This document shows positions 54,179 through 63,486 of a stretch of 64,000 bases of DNA, in pieces; position 1 is the stretch's first letter; every line of letters starts with the position of its first letter. Source of the DNA: a virus. The stretch spans positions 49,522 to 113,521 of the IMG/VR virus record IMGVR_UViG_3300027763_000036; one strand, given 5' to 3'. The notes beneath the pieces are model-generated. The model worked only from the letters and a program-made list of their open reading frames with translations, had not been told where the DNA came from and did not search any database. Position numbers and translations under genes: made by a program.

Positions 54179-54604
54179 TTATTTAGTTTTGTAAAATCTG
54201 CCAAGAATATTGGCATTTAAAAAATCATCTTTCTCAAGTACCTCATATACAAACTGGTACTTTGTTTCTTGATATGTAAGCTCTGCAGCTGTAGAACATA
54301 TCCTTAATATCTCTCTATGGATAATAATACCATTCTTATGTGCCTCTTTTAAATCTTGGTTACTACTATAATAATTCTTATAGTCTAACTTAGATTCCCT
54401 GGTATATTTCTTTAGTCTTCCATCTGTTAATTCTGCAATGGCTTTTTTACCCATCTTTTTTTTAACAGACTTATAAAAGTTTTTCTTACCAATGTATCTT
54501 ACACACTTACTATCTATAATAGCAGTCATCATATAAATAAATCCAATAGCTCCTTCTGGAATCATTGAATCTTTAAAAGTAACTTTATTATAAATCCAAC
54601 TCAT
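54179..54604 (-). CDS. GIY-YIG family endonuclease
   Basis: GFIY...RYIGKK, 'YYSS', 'REIL', 'TYQE', 'NANI.GRF'. Confidence 0.75.
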   Translation of the reverse strand: MSWIYNKVTFKDSMIPEGAIGFIYMMTAIIDSKCVRYIGKKNFYKSVKKKMGKKAIAELTDGRLKKYTRESKLDYKNYYSSNQDLKEAHKNGIIIHREILRICSTAAELTYQETKYQFVYEVLEKDDFLNANILGRFYKTK

Positions 54605-55581
54605 AATACTTCTTTTAAAAGTGGCAATAAAACATTTCTGGTTTTCTCTACACCGTGTTTTTCTATTGAATCTGATAAATCCTTTTCTAAGTTTAATACT
54701 ATGTAATTAAAGCCATACTTAAGTTTATACTTCTCAGCTGCTCTAATCCCGGGCTCATCATTATCAAATAAAACACAAACACCCTTATACTTAGAACTTA
54801 TGTTACTCATAATATTTTCTGGTATCATAGTGTTTTCACTATCCGGTGCAATAGACTCAGAATTACTAATCTTCAATTTGTTATAAGCCATTAAATCTTT
54901 AAGAGATGATGTTATAATCAAATATGGTTTATCATAAGTTAGTTGTTCAGATCCCTGAATATAATCTCTAACTTTAATAAATTTACTGTCTTTTACCTTG
55001 GGCTGATAAATCTTATAGAGTGTACCATCATCTTTAAAATACCCGTACACATAGTTACCTTTGATAGTTATACTAGATAAAACATCATTTTCATCAGTCT
55101 TTTCCATAATATAATATTCAAGAGGAACTACATTGTATTTGGATAACAATCTAGAACCAATATTATATTTCATCCAGTATTTCTGGTCAAGAGTATTCCA
55201 GTGGCGCATTTCATAATCAGTAACTTTAAATTTACTGTGTTGTTTATAAGACTTTATAGGATTAAAACCATTGTTTAAAACATATTGGTTATAGTCTTCT
55301 ATAATCTTATAACTTGCGGAACCTCTAGTAGGTAAATTAAATAGACTTTGGACAAGAGCAATAGAATCACCACCATTACCTGAAGAAAAATCTTTAAACT
55401 TATAGATATTATTTCTGTCAATATAAATACACATAGAAGGTGTCTTCTCTCGTGGATTAAATACTGACTTCATTTTAATATCTTGTCCTGTAAGCTTTTC
55501 TGTTAGGTTAAGATAATGTTCAAATGCCCATTCTCTTGGGACATCAGCTAAATCATATATTAAATTCTTTGTAGAAATCAT
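54601..55581 (-). CDS. DNA primase (crAss-type, TOPRIM)
   Basis: 'EKTPS', 'FKDFSSGNGGD', 'KIYQP', 'ITSSLKD', 'FDNDEPG', 'KDLSD'. Confidence 0.85.
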   Translation of the reverse strand: MISTKNLIYDLADVPREWAFEHYLNLTEKLTGQDIKMKSVFNPREKTPSMCIYIDRNNIYKFKDFSSGNGGDSIALVQSLFNLPTRGSASYKIIEDYNQYVLNNGFNPIKSYKQHSKFKVTDYEMRHWNTLDQKYWMKYNIGSRLLSKYNVVPLEYYIMEKTDENDVLSSITIKGNYVYGYFKDDGTLYKIYQPKVKDSKFIKVRDYIQGSEQLTYDKPYLIITSSLKDLMAYNKLKISNSESIAPDSENTMIPENIMSNISSKYKGVCVLFDNDEPGIRAAEKYKLKYGFNYIVLNLEKDLSDSIEKHGVEKTRNVLLPLLKEVL

Positions 55582-55600
55582 AGCAACCCAAGTTAAGTAA

Positions 55601-55627
55601 ATAAAGGGGTAATTACAACCCCTTTAT
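55601..55627 (-). terminator. Intrinsic terminator after the SSB-like gene
   Basis: ATAAAGGGGT-aattaca-ACCCCTTTAT hairpin. Confidence 0.65.
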
Positions 55628-55637
55628 CTAGGAGTTG

Positions 55638-56330
55638 TTAATCTAAATTAAAATCTGAAGATGTTCTACCTGGTGTTGAAAAATCATCATCATCATCACC
55701 AAAGTTATCTACTGGCTTTACCTCAAGTTTTTTAAGATATTTTGCTTCATCATATTTAAGAATTCTATCAGAACCTTCATTCCCATAAGCATACTTGTTG
55801 TTTTCTGCTTTTGGTAACCACATATCATATGCAGTATAGCCAGACTTATTTTCATATTCCTTACCGGCAATACAAAAATCTAGATACTTATCTTTAAGTG
55901 GGGCATTGTTACTAAAGTTCTTTACAAAATCTTCAATTGTATTAAACTTGTTATCCTGCTCTTCAAACCAGCTCATTATTCCAGTTGTTTTAGACAAGTT
56001 AGCTAAGAACATCATCAAAGATCTATCTCTTTGAATTTTAATTCCAGACTTTGTTTGTCCATCAGCATATGCATATTGACTAGCTTTTACTCTACCAATC
56101 TGACCCTTATATCTTCCTTTGCTTTCATCATCTTTATCAATCAGAAAACCTTCAAATCCGTCAATTGGTTCTGTCTCAACATTTAGTACTAAGTGTTTTG
56201 CACCATCAATAAATTGAAAGTCTTCTAACACAATACTGTTGATTCTTAACTTGTGGTTTCCTGGGGCAATAGTTTTTGCCATTCCACCACCACCATTCTC
56301 ATTTACTAGATCTTTTGTACTTAAACCCAT
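55638..56330 (-). CDS. Putative single-stranded DNA-binding protein
   Basis: Between Sak4-like and primase genes; 'IAPGNHK' start and acidic aromatic C-terminal tail (DDDDDF...DFNLD). Confidence 0.55.
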   Translation of the reverse strand: MGLSTKDLVNENGGGGMAKTIAPGNHKLRINSIVLEDFQFIDGAKHLVLNVETEPIDGFEGFLIDKDDESKGRYKGQIGRVKASQYAYADGQTKSGIKIQRDRSLMMFLANLSKTTGIMSWFEEQDNKFNTIEDFVKNFSNNAPLKDKYLDFCIAGKEYENKSGYTAYDMWLPKAENNKYAYGNEGSDRILKYDEAKYLKKLEVKPVDNFGDDDDDFSTPGRTSSDFNLD

Positions 56331-56344
56331 TTTGTTTGTTTTTA

Positions 56345-57064
56345 TTATTTATACACTTTATTCCAGTAAGTCTTTAACTTACCATCTTTCATCTCAGAAA
56401 TTATTATTTCTTCATTTTGCAAGTGCTCTGGCCTTGCACCACAAGTCACTTCTTCATTAGTTTTAAAGCTAAGAATAGTTTCATTACCCTTTCTATACAT
56501 ATAACCAATTGCATCTGCGTTAGCACATATTAGAGATTTTATTTTACCCGTCAAATCTATGTTTGCAGACATAACCATCTCTCCTTTATCATCTACCTGC
56601 TTGTCTTTAATATGACCAGATAAAATAATATGGGGAGCTAAGGTATCAATAAAATCTAAAACTTGAAAGAATGCTTGCCTAACATATAAGTAACCCGCAC
56701 CATTAGGTAATGTAAGAATACTGTCTCCAGAATAATTCTTACCCATTGGCGTTTGTTTATATAAGTTAATTGCAAGTGGCATAACCATATCTTCCAAAGC
56801 TGTCACAGTATCAATAGTAATATATTGATATGGATAACCAGCTTCTTTGATTGCTTTGCCAACTTCTTTTAGCTCCTGAAGATTATTAGCTTTGACTTTC
56901 ATGGCTTCAACATAGTCTGCACCATTTTCTAAATCAATAATTAAATTATCATCAAGACCTGCAAATGCAGTTGTCTTACCTGTTTTAGGCTTTGAATACA
57001 CAATTAATCTTTTAGGATTAACCCTGTTAGCTTTTACTTTTTTAGTTGGAAGTACTATACCCAT
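56345..57064 (-). CDS. Sak4-like AAA_24 ATPase (ssDNA annealing/recombination)
   Basis: YSKPKTGKTT, 'IDLENG', 'IDTVT', 'ADAIGY'. Confidence 0.85.
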   Translation of the reverse strand: MGIVLPTKKVKANRVNPKRLIVYSKPKTGKTTAFAGLDDNLIIDLENGADYVEAMKVKANNLQELKEVGKAIKEAGYPYQYITIDTVTALEDMVMPLAINLYKQTPMGKNYSGDSILTLPNGAGYLYVRQAFFQVLDFIDTLAPHIILSGHIKDKQVDDKGEMVMSANIDLTGKIKSLICANADAIGYMYRKGNETILSFKTNEEVTCGARPEHLQNEEIIISEMKDGKLKTYWNKVYK

Positions 57065-57065
57065 T

Positions 57066-57641
57066 TTACTTTAATTTTTGTGCTAGTTTTTGAAAACCTT
57101 CAGCAATTTGCAAAAGAATGCTACTTACATCTTCATCAGTTTCTTGAGTCTTAAGTTTAGAAACAAACTCTTCTTCAAAATCTGGAAACACACTTATCTT
57201 CTTTTGTTCTTTTGGTTCTTCAGTTCTCTGTGACTCATAGATATTGTAAGGAATTTCTTCAGACCCTTTGTTTACACAAACAAGTTCTGAAGTTGGAATA
57301 ACATATGCAGAATACTCCTCGCCTCTAGAATTTGTAGAAGTTTTAACTTCATACTCTTCCTTAAAATAGGGATTGTATCTATACTTGAATAGTGGTCTCT
57401 CCCAAAACATAGGAACCATGTTTGTCTCAGCTCCTCTTCCATCTCTCTCAATGTCCACTAATTCTACATAGATATCAGCACCCTTATTTAATTCATTCTC
57501 AAAAAACTGAATCTGTCTTCCAAACTTACCTTTGCTATAAAAGGCAGTCTTAGCTGTAAACTGATAACCTCCTTTTAGTTTTTCTAAAAACTTAGAGTGA
57601 ATTCCCATCAACTCTTTTTCTTTTTCTCTTCTGTTATACAT
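57066..57641 (-). CDS. Hypothetical protein (191 aa)
   Basis: Tightly packed ORF in the replication operon. Confidence 0.7.
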   Translation of the reverse strand: MYNRREKEKELMGIHSKFLEKLKGGYQFTAKTAFYSKGKFGRQIQFFENELNKGADIYVELVDIERDGRGAETNMVPMFWERPLFKYRYNPYFKEEYEVKTSTNSRGEEYSAYVIPTSELVCVNKGSEEIPYNIYESQRTEEPKEQKKISVFPDFEEEFVSKLKTQETDEDVSSILLQIAEGFQKLAQKLK

Positions 57642-57652
57642 AATTTTTAATT

Positions 57653-58627
57653 TTAATGCGATGATGTGGGTGGTGCATCAACCTCTACAATTCTCATTAC
57701 TGTACTGTCCAATCTATAAAAGTTCATACCCATAAAACCATTTCTTGATTTTAATATGTGAAATATTAAAAGATCTGGGTCATTAATGATATACTTCTCT
57801 GGACCATAGAATTTAATTCTCCTATTAAAAGGACGGTTAATACCAAGCACTACATCTGCATGTTGTAATAAAGCATCAGAACCATATAAATCAGAATCTA
57901 GAATATAGTTCCCATATGTACCATCTTTAGCTCTCTCTATAGTTTCAACATTTCTGTTTAACTGACTAAGAACTAAGAATGCCACAGGAAACTTCTTCTT
58001 CATTTCTGTAAGGCCTTCCCCTAAACCATAAAGCATCTCAAACTTATCCTTCTGCCCCTTGCCAACTCTAAATAAAGCTGAGTGATCTATAGTAACTAAA
58101 GTATTAGTAAAACCATCTTCTGTTTTATACTTCTCCATATAAGCATGAATAGTAGCACACATCTCATCCACTGTACATGGATCATACACCACATCTACTA
58201 AATCATGTTTTTCTGTACTCTCATAAAACTGAACACACTTTTGAAAAATACCTTTGTCCACAGGTTTTTCCTTACTCATCAGAGTGTTATAATCAGAACC
58301 TACATTCATAGACAATTTTCTAATACCATTTGTCTCATCTAGCATCTCAAACTGAAACTTTAATACTCTGAACTTTTGGTCAGGATTAATCTTTATGACA
58401 TCATTAACCAATTGTTCCATAAATAAAGTCTTACCAGTTCCTGGTCTTGCGCCAACAACTGTAATAGTTCTCCATTCTAGACCATCACAAAAAGCATTAT
58501 TAAAATTCACCCAAGCTGTCTTCAATGATTTTAATTCACCATTGTGTCTAGCTTTCATTTTATAGAGAGCTTTTTTAAGAGCGTCTCTTTCACTTACAGC
58601 CTTTAAAGGGCTTGCATTATTATACAT
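57653..58627 (-). CDS. dnaB: DnaB-like replicative helicase (RecA-fold motor domain only)
   Basis: GARPGTGKT, 'FEM', 'IDH', 'LSQLNR', 'QHADVV', 'KSRNG'; 324 aa, no N-terminal domain. Confidence 0.88.
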   Translation of the reverse strand: MYNNASPLKAVSERDALKKALYKMKARHNGELKSLKTAWVNFNNAFCDGLEWRTITVVGARPGTGKTLFMEQLVNDVIKINPDQKFRVLKFQFEMLDETNGIRKLSMNVGSDYNTLMSKEKPVDKGIFQKCVQFYESTEKHDLVDVVYDPCTVDEMCATIHAYMEKYKTEDGFTNTLVTIDHSALFRVGKGQKDKFEMLYGLGEGLTEMKKKFPVAFLVLSQLNRNVETIERAKDGTYGNYILDSDLYGSDALLQHADVVLGINRPFNRRIKFYGPEKYIINDPDLLIFHILKSRNGFMGMNFYRLDSTVMRIVEVDAPPTSSH

Positions 58628-58637
58628 ATTATATAGA

Positions 58638-58826
58638 TTAATTTTCCGGAGTACCTTCTATTGAAGTTTGAATTCTTTCATATAGATAATGAGACAAAGT
58701 AATTATAGCTTCTATAGCTACATACTGTAAAATGCTCACTTCTACAATGTAATTGTTAATTATTAGATACAAACACGCACTCCCAATAATCCCAATAAGT
58801 AACTTTTTTAAATTTATATGTATCAA
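58638..58826 (-). CDS. Small membrane protein (2 hydrophobic helices)
   Basis: LLIGIIGSACLYLII and ILQYVAIEAIITL. Confidence 0.55.
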   Translation of the reverse strand: MIHINLKKLLIGIIGSACLYLIINNYIVEVSILQYVAIEAIITLSHYLYERIQTSIEGTPEN

Positions 58827-59410
58827 AATAGTCTTTCTTTAATAAATATTATTTCATCATCAGGTTTGTTTAAAATCATTTCACAATAATCAGCTAAATC
58901 TGAGTCCCAAGTTTTATCAGTGCTTTGTTTCCTTACAAAATATTGAGATGTTCTCATATACTGGTAATTTACCTGTCTGTACTCTAAAACATATTTGTTT
59001 GTAGCTAGTAAAATTGTTTCCCATTCATAATCATAATTTTCAAAGAACCATCTAAATGCATTTTCTAAGTTTTTGGGATTAGATCTTGCATACTTACCAC
59101 TAGACAATTTTATACTAGGAAATATATCAGAATATTTCTTTATATTATCATCAAAATTATCTCCTAGTAAGTTTTTAGATGTTTTCTTTTTGGATCTCTT
59201 AAAGAATCCATCAATCTCAGTAGTAAAGATAATACTTTTATCTGTTAATGTCAAGTCTTCATTTATCCAATTTTCAGATATCAGTCTCTTTGTTTCTAAC
59301 TCCTTGTTTACAAATGAACATGGGATTATTTTATTCTTTATACAATGTAAAACATAATAACTATTGGGGGTTATATCTTCCCTAACAAATTTTAAAAATA
59401 TATCTTCCAT
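58823..59410 (-). CDS. Hypothetical replication-associated protein (possible initiator or helicase loader)
   Basis: Likely start ATG 59410 (MEDIF). 'FPSIKL...ILLATNKYV...YMRTSQYF' resembles phage replisome-organiser C-termini; located upstream of dnaB. Confidence 0.5.
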   Translation of the reverse strand: MEDIFLKFVREDITPNSYYVLHCIKNKIIPCSFVNKELETKRLISENWINEDLTLTDKSIIFTTEIDGFFKRSKKKTSKNLLGDNFDDNIKKYSDIFPSIKLSSGKYARSNPKNLENAFRWFFENYDYEWETILLATNKYVLEYRQVNYQYMRTSQYFVRKQSTDKTWDSDLADYCEMILNKPDDEIIFIKERLF

Positions 59411-59411
59411 A

Positions 59412-60125
59412 CTACCAATTAATATTATATCCTGTTGTTTCTGCAACCAGATGCTGCACCTTTAAAAATGCATTATCTGAATTCCATTCTCTCTGCTTGT
59501 TGTAAGCTGCACTTGCCGGATGGCTTGCAAATACTTGGTGATTATTATCTCCAACATATTCTGCCCACTCTTGTGCTTTTTTACCCAGGTAAAGATATGT
59601 AAGTTCTTTCTTATTATGATTAAGATGGTCAAATAAAAATCCAACAAATCCTTCCCATACATGATAGTGCTTTCCTATTTTACCCACCTCAGTTGTGAGA
59701 GATGTATTAAGCATTAGTATACCTTGGTTTGACCATCTGGTTAAATTAACATCTGTAGATAAATGCTCACCATTATAGATAGTTCTATTAATTTCATCTA
59801 GCATATACCGTAGACTAGGTTGTAATGCATTTGTTTTACTACAACTAAATGCAATACCATCTGCTACACCTAATGTAGGATATGGATCTTGGCCCACAAC
59901 AACTAACTTTAATTCATCATAAGGACATTCTTCAAATGCTCTGAATACATCTTTCAATCCTGGAGTAAATCTTTCCCCACTGCTTGACATCCTATACAAT
60001 CTAGTAAGTAGCTCTTCAAAATCACTACTAAATATATAAGATTTAAAAACACTGCCCCAGCCACTTGGTTCAAGTTTATCAAATATTTTTTGTTTAAAAC
60101 TATCAATTTCTAATTCTATATTCAT
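59412..60125 (-). CDS. ung: Uracil-DNA glycosylase, family 1
   Basis: VGQDPY, GIAFS, PSLR, WSNQGILMLN, HP motifs. Confidence 0.92.
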   Translation of the reverse strand: MNIELEIDSFKQKIFDKLEPSGWGSVFKSYIFSSDFEELLTRLYRMSSSGERFTPGLKDVFRAFEECPYDELKLVVVGQDPYPTLGVADGIAFSCSKTNALQPSLRYMLDEINRTIYNGEHLSTDVNLTRWSNQGILMLNTSLTTEVGKIGKHYHVWEGFVGFLFDHLNHNKKELTYLYLGKKAQEWAEYVGDNNHQVFASHPASAAYNKQREWNSDNAFLKVQHLVAETTGYNINW

Positions 60126-60132
60126 TTTTTAC

Positions 60133-60140
60133 TATATTTG
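60133..60140 (+). promoter_or_regulatory. Possible Bacteroidota -7 element TATATTTG
   Basis: TAnnTTTG match ending 17 nt before ATG 60157, in a divergent intergenic gap. Confidence 0.4.
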
Positions 60141-60156
60141 TTAAAAGATTAATATT

Positions 60157-60474
60157 ATGGCTATCAAGGTAAAAGAAATAAAAGATGATGCTTTAATTGA
60201 TATTAAAGTTAACAAGAACTTTTATTTAATGTCCAAGGATGCTTTGTACACTATTTTCAAACACTTACTAAGTAATGAAAGTGAAAAAGAAAATCTACAA
60301 AACATTCTTACTAAACAGTTCAATGATCTCACAGAGTTTGAGAGAGCATTCTATACTCTGACTCTTCTTGTATCTGAAATAGAGAAACAAGTACAGGCAG
60401 ATAGTAATTTATACACTGAGAAGGAAGTTCCTGAACCAGGAGACCCTGACTATGTTGAACCTAAGCAAGGTTAA
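60157..60474 (+). CDS. Hypothetical protein (105 aa)
   Basis: Opposite strand to its neighbours, typical codon usage, own putative promoter. Confidence 0.7.
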   Translation: MAIKVKEIKDDALIDIKVNKNFYLMSKDALYTIFKHLLSNESEKENLQNILTKQFNDLTEFERAFYTLTLLVSEIEKQVQADSNLYTEKEVPEPGDPDYVEPKQG

Positions 60475-60835
60475 TATTTAGATCTCTACCTATTTCAATA
60501 GCAGATTCAATTGCCATTGCTAGTTCATCTTTACTACATTCTTTAAAAGACTTGCAATACTCTGTTTCTCCAACATCATAGCATAATCCTGCATGTTGTT
60601 TAACTATAGTTTTCATTTCCTCAAAAGTATAGCCCGATTCTTTAGCTAATTCCCTAATGCAGGCATGTATTTTAGCCAGTTGTGCCAAGCTATGATCTGT
60701 ACTTGTTAGATCAATAAACATATTTACTTCTTGCCCTTCAGCAAGCTTTTCAATAAATAATTTGTAATTTAATTTTGATTTAACATCAGGATAGATTAAT
60801 TTTCCATCCTGTTTTACTAGCTTTACGGTAAACAT
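60461..60835 (-). CDS. NinB/Orf-like recombination protein
   Basis: 'SLAQLAKIHACIRELA...GYTFEEMK...KSFKECSKDEL...IE' fits the NinB pattern. Confidence 0.55.
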   Translation of the reverse strand: MFTVKLVKQDGKLIYPDVKSKLNYKLFIEKLAEGQEVNMFIDLTSTDHSLAQLAKIHACIRELAKESGYTFEEMKTIVKQHAGLCYDVGETEYCKSFKECSKDELAMAIESAIEIGRDLNINLA

Positions 60836-60866
60836 ATTGATTATTTTATTATATTATTATGTACTT

Positions 60867-61892
60867 ATGGAACAAAAGTTATCTAAAAACGCTAAAGAGA
60901 CTACTAAAATTATTTTAGAATATCTCGAAAAATTTCCAAATTCTCCTACCAAAACTCTGGCAAGAAAAGTCTATTCTGAAAATACCGGATTCTTTACCAC
61001 ACTTACAAATGTATATGATAGAATTAGATATTATAGAGGTCAAAGTGGAACTTTGCACAGAAAGCATTTAAAAAATAAAGAATTCCAAAAAGAACTTAAA
61101 GTAAAAGTAATGCAAAATTTTGTATCCTTGCCTACATCCTTATCAGAAAAGAGAGGAACATTTACATTTCCCACAGGATGTAGAAAACTTGGTGTTATTG
61201 GTGATCTACATATTCCTTATCATGATGAAGATGCTATAGAAACTGCTTGTGATAAAATGGAAGCAGAAGAAGTAGATAGCATCCTAATCAATGGAGACTT
61301 ATTAGATTTCTATCAACTTTCTTTCCATGAAAAGGACCCAAGAAAGATTCACTTTAAAAATGAAATAGAAGCAGGTAAACAGTTCTTTGAGTACATGCGC
61401 TCTAGATTTCCTGGCATTCCTATTTATTTTATACCAGGTAATCATGAAAACAGGTTTGAAAGATATCTCAGAATAAAAGCATCTGAGTTACTTGACATGG
61501 ATGAATTCAGGTTAGATGTAATCTTACATGTTGCAGAATACAAAATAGAGTATCTTCCATTTAGAACCAAAGTTATCTTTGGTGACTTCCTTATAGAACA
61601 TGGTGATAAGATTCCTGGAGCAGGCGGTGTAGTACCAGCAAGAACTGCTTTAATGAGACTTAAGACTAATTGTATTGTAAATCACTTTCACAAAAGTTCC
61701 CAAAGCTCACAAAGAGTTTATGGAACTGGTGAGTCTAGTACAATAAGAGCATACAGTCTTGGATGTTTATGTGAACTAGCTCCAGATTACATGGAAATTA
61801 ATGAGTGGAACCATGGCTTTGCTATACTAACAAAAAAAGATAACTTAGTATCTGTAAGTAATTATAAAATTGAAAATAACACCATTATTTAA
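60867..61892 (+). CDS. Calcineurin-like metallophosphoesterase with N-terminal HTH-like region
   Basis: DLHIPYHD, GDLLD, GNHE, HGD, HFH motifs; likely start ATG 60867 (MEQKLS). Confidence 0.88.
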   Translation: MEQKLSKNAKETTKIILEYLEKFPNSPTKTLARKVYSENTGFFTTLTNVYDRIRYYRGQSGTLHRKHLKNKEFQKELKVKVMQNFVSLPTSLSEKRGTFTFPTGCRKLGVIGDLHIPYHDEDAIETACDKMEAEEVDSILINGDLLDFYQLSFHEKDPRKIHFKNEIEAGKQFFEYMRSRFPGIPIYFIPGNHENRFERYLRIKASELLDMDEFRLDVILHVAEYKIEYLPFRTKVIFGDFLIEHGDKIPGAGGVVPARTALMRLKTNCIVNHFHKSSQSSQRVYGTGESSTIRAYSLGCLCELAPDYMEINEWNHGFAILTKKDNLVSVSNYKIENNTII

Positions 61893-62203
61893 TGTTTTTA
61901 GCAATTGAATTTCGGGATAAAGAAGGGCCTTATATTGAGCACTTAAATATTACTCATATTACAAGGACTTCATTTGTTAACTCAATGAATCCTGATGCAG
62001 GTACTAGAATCCATTTAAGGACAGGAGAAGTATTAACCACTCCTGTACCTATGGACATTTTACAATCTGAGATTGATGATTGTTTTAAATCATCAGCTGC
62101 ACTAATTTTGTTTAATTTATTAGCTGAAAAAGCAAGAGCATCAGTAGTTACTAGTGACGCTGATACCCTTGATGAACAGCAACCTGGATCAGGTGCTCTA
62201 TAG
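61892..62203 (+). CDS. Hypothetical protein (103 aa)
   Basis: TAATG-coupled to the phosphoesterase gene. Confidence 0.65.
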   Translation: MFLAIEFRDKEGPYIEHLNITHITRTSFVNSMNPDAGTRIHLRTGEVLTTPVPMDILQSEIDDCFKSSAALILFNLLAEKARASVVTSDADTLDEQQPGSGAL

Positions 62204-62411
62204 CAGATTTATTTAATTCTGATTTAGTATCCCAATCAAAGTTAAACACTTTCCATTCATCATCTAAACTTTCATCATTTGCTGATGAAATTAAACTTAA
62301 TCCTGGTAATAAGTCTAATACGTAATAATAGTAATCATAGCCATTCTGGCTTTCACTATCTTTGACTTCTACTTTATCAAAGCCAAAGTCAATTAATTCT
62401 TGTTCTTTCAT
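62151..62411 (-). CDS. Hypothetical protein (86 aa)
   Basis: 'LIDFGF' start typical of small Bacteroidota-phage proteins; 53-nt convergent overlap. Confidence 0.65.
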   Translation of the reverse strand: MKEQELIDFGFDKVEVKDSESQNGYDYYYYVLDLLPGLSLISSANDESLDDEWKVFNFDWDTKSELNKSAIEHLIQVAVHQGYQRH

Positions 62412-62941
62412 TTTTCTGCCATTGTTTGCATAAACACAGTATGATTCAAGATTTCAAAAGCATATGTATGATTTAAATCTTTATATGCTTCATTCTCTTT
62501 AGAATATAGTCCGTGTTTTTTGATTCTTAAATCTCTTAGATTCTGTATGCTTAATGTTACTATAGCAAGATTGTCTCCATCTTCTGATTTCATCATGCTT
62601 ATGATGTTTCTTATTTCAGCATCATTTAGATAATCATACTTCTTTAGTAACATTAACTCAGCCATATATACAAAAGGGCGGAATTCATCCTTCTTATGTC
62701 CTTTATGGTACATATGCCATAAATAGTTCAGATTACCATCTGCACCATCAGTAATATTATAATGTTCTTCGGCAATTGCTGCCACAAGTTTTAGCATTTC
62801 TTTTGTATCTCTCATAAGTTTTAGTTTTATACTTAATTGTGTTTCAAGGTATGATGCTATCATGAAGTTTTCTAATGTCTTCAATATATCTGGATTTGTT
62901 CCATAATATATATTCAATGTTTCTTCCTCTCCAAGAATCAC
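62408..62941 (-). CDS. Hypothetical protein (M..S.D.DN motif); true start may be internal (MRDTKE)
   Basis: ORF track; 'IISMMKSEDGDNLAIV'. Confidence 0.55.
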   Translation of the reverse strand: MILGEEETLNIYYGTNPDILKTLENFMIASYLETQLSIKLKLMRDTKEMLKLVAAIAEEHYNITDGADGNLNYLWHMYHKGHKKDEFRPFVYMAELMLLKKYDYLNDAEIRNIISMMKSEDGDNLAIVTLSIQNLRDLRIKKHGLYSKENEAYKDLNHTYAFEILNHTVFMQTMAEK

Positions 62942-63159
62942 TTATCAAGGTTTATCTGATTATCTTCTAATATCTCAAAAAACTTATTCCGGATTCTTTC
63001 TACCATATCCCATTCTTTTTCATCAAGTTCTTCATACTTCCAGAGTGTTCTGAGCTCTTGAGATATTTCCCATAGAGCATTATACATTTTACTCCCTTGT
63101 GTAGCAAACTCAAATTCTGCTTGATCCTCTGGTAGGTTAAATTCTATTGTTGCTTTCAT
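62938..63159 (-). CDS. Small phage protein (MKATIEFNLPED family)
   Basis: Likely start ATG 63159; 'MKATIEFNLPEDQ.EF' is a small-phage-protein start I recognise. Confidence 0.7.
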   Translation of the reverse strand: MKATIEFNLPEDQAEFEFATQGSKMYNALWEISQELRTLWKYEELDEKEWDMVERIRNKFFEILEDNQINLDK

Positions 63160-63209
63160 ATCATTTCTATTTAAGTAATGGGGCAACTTTTACCCCTTAT
63201 TATTAATTG

Positions 63210-63486
63210 ATTTGTTAAAGGTTTCCCTGTAGTATTGTTAGCAGTTATTTTGCCCACTCGTGCATACAGTCAGTAAATGCACATTTATAGCCTGTTTTTG
63301 TTTTTATGTATTCATCTCTACCATCACAGAGTGGGCAAACCACCACTTTGTTACTGCTAACATCAAATAAAAACAATATAAGGTCGTATGCTCTATCTTT
63401 AGTTATTGCCTTGTTGTCAAGGTCAGTCAAAATTGACTGTAATTGTTCCATATTCTATTTGTTAAAGGTTTCTTTATAGTATTGTT
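63210..63486. repeat. 30-nt direct repeat (63210-63239, 63457-63486; 27/30 identical) flanking the 68-aa gene
   Basis: ATTTGTTAAAGGTTTCCCTGTAGTATTGTT vs ATTTGTTAAAGGTTTCTTTATAGTATTGTT; encodes QYYxETFNK on the minus strand. Confidence 0.8.
63245..63451 (-). CDS. Small Zn-ribbon protein
   Basis: CPLC...CAFTDC.HEW. Confidence 0.6.
   Translation of the reverse strand: MEQLQSILTDLDNKAITKDRAYDLILFLFDVSSNKVVVCPLCDGRDEYIKTKTGYKCAFTDCMHEWAK

Noticed and set aside
58638-58826. Holin
   Set aside because: Two hydrophobic helices, but it lies in the replication operon with no adjacent endolysin.
45445-59662. Nested ORFs inside replication genes (45445, 50317, 51176, 51428, 51690, 52243, 56239, 59073, 59462)
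   Set aside because: Shadow ORFs of well-supported genes, with no motifs.
62848-62949. Alternative-frame peptide (ISDSWRGRNIEYILWNKSRYIEDIRKLHDSIIP*) as a gene remnant
   Set aside because: Only about 33 codons with a TTG start and no recognisable homology.
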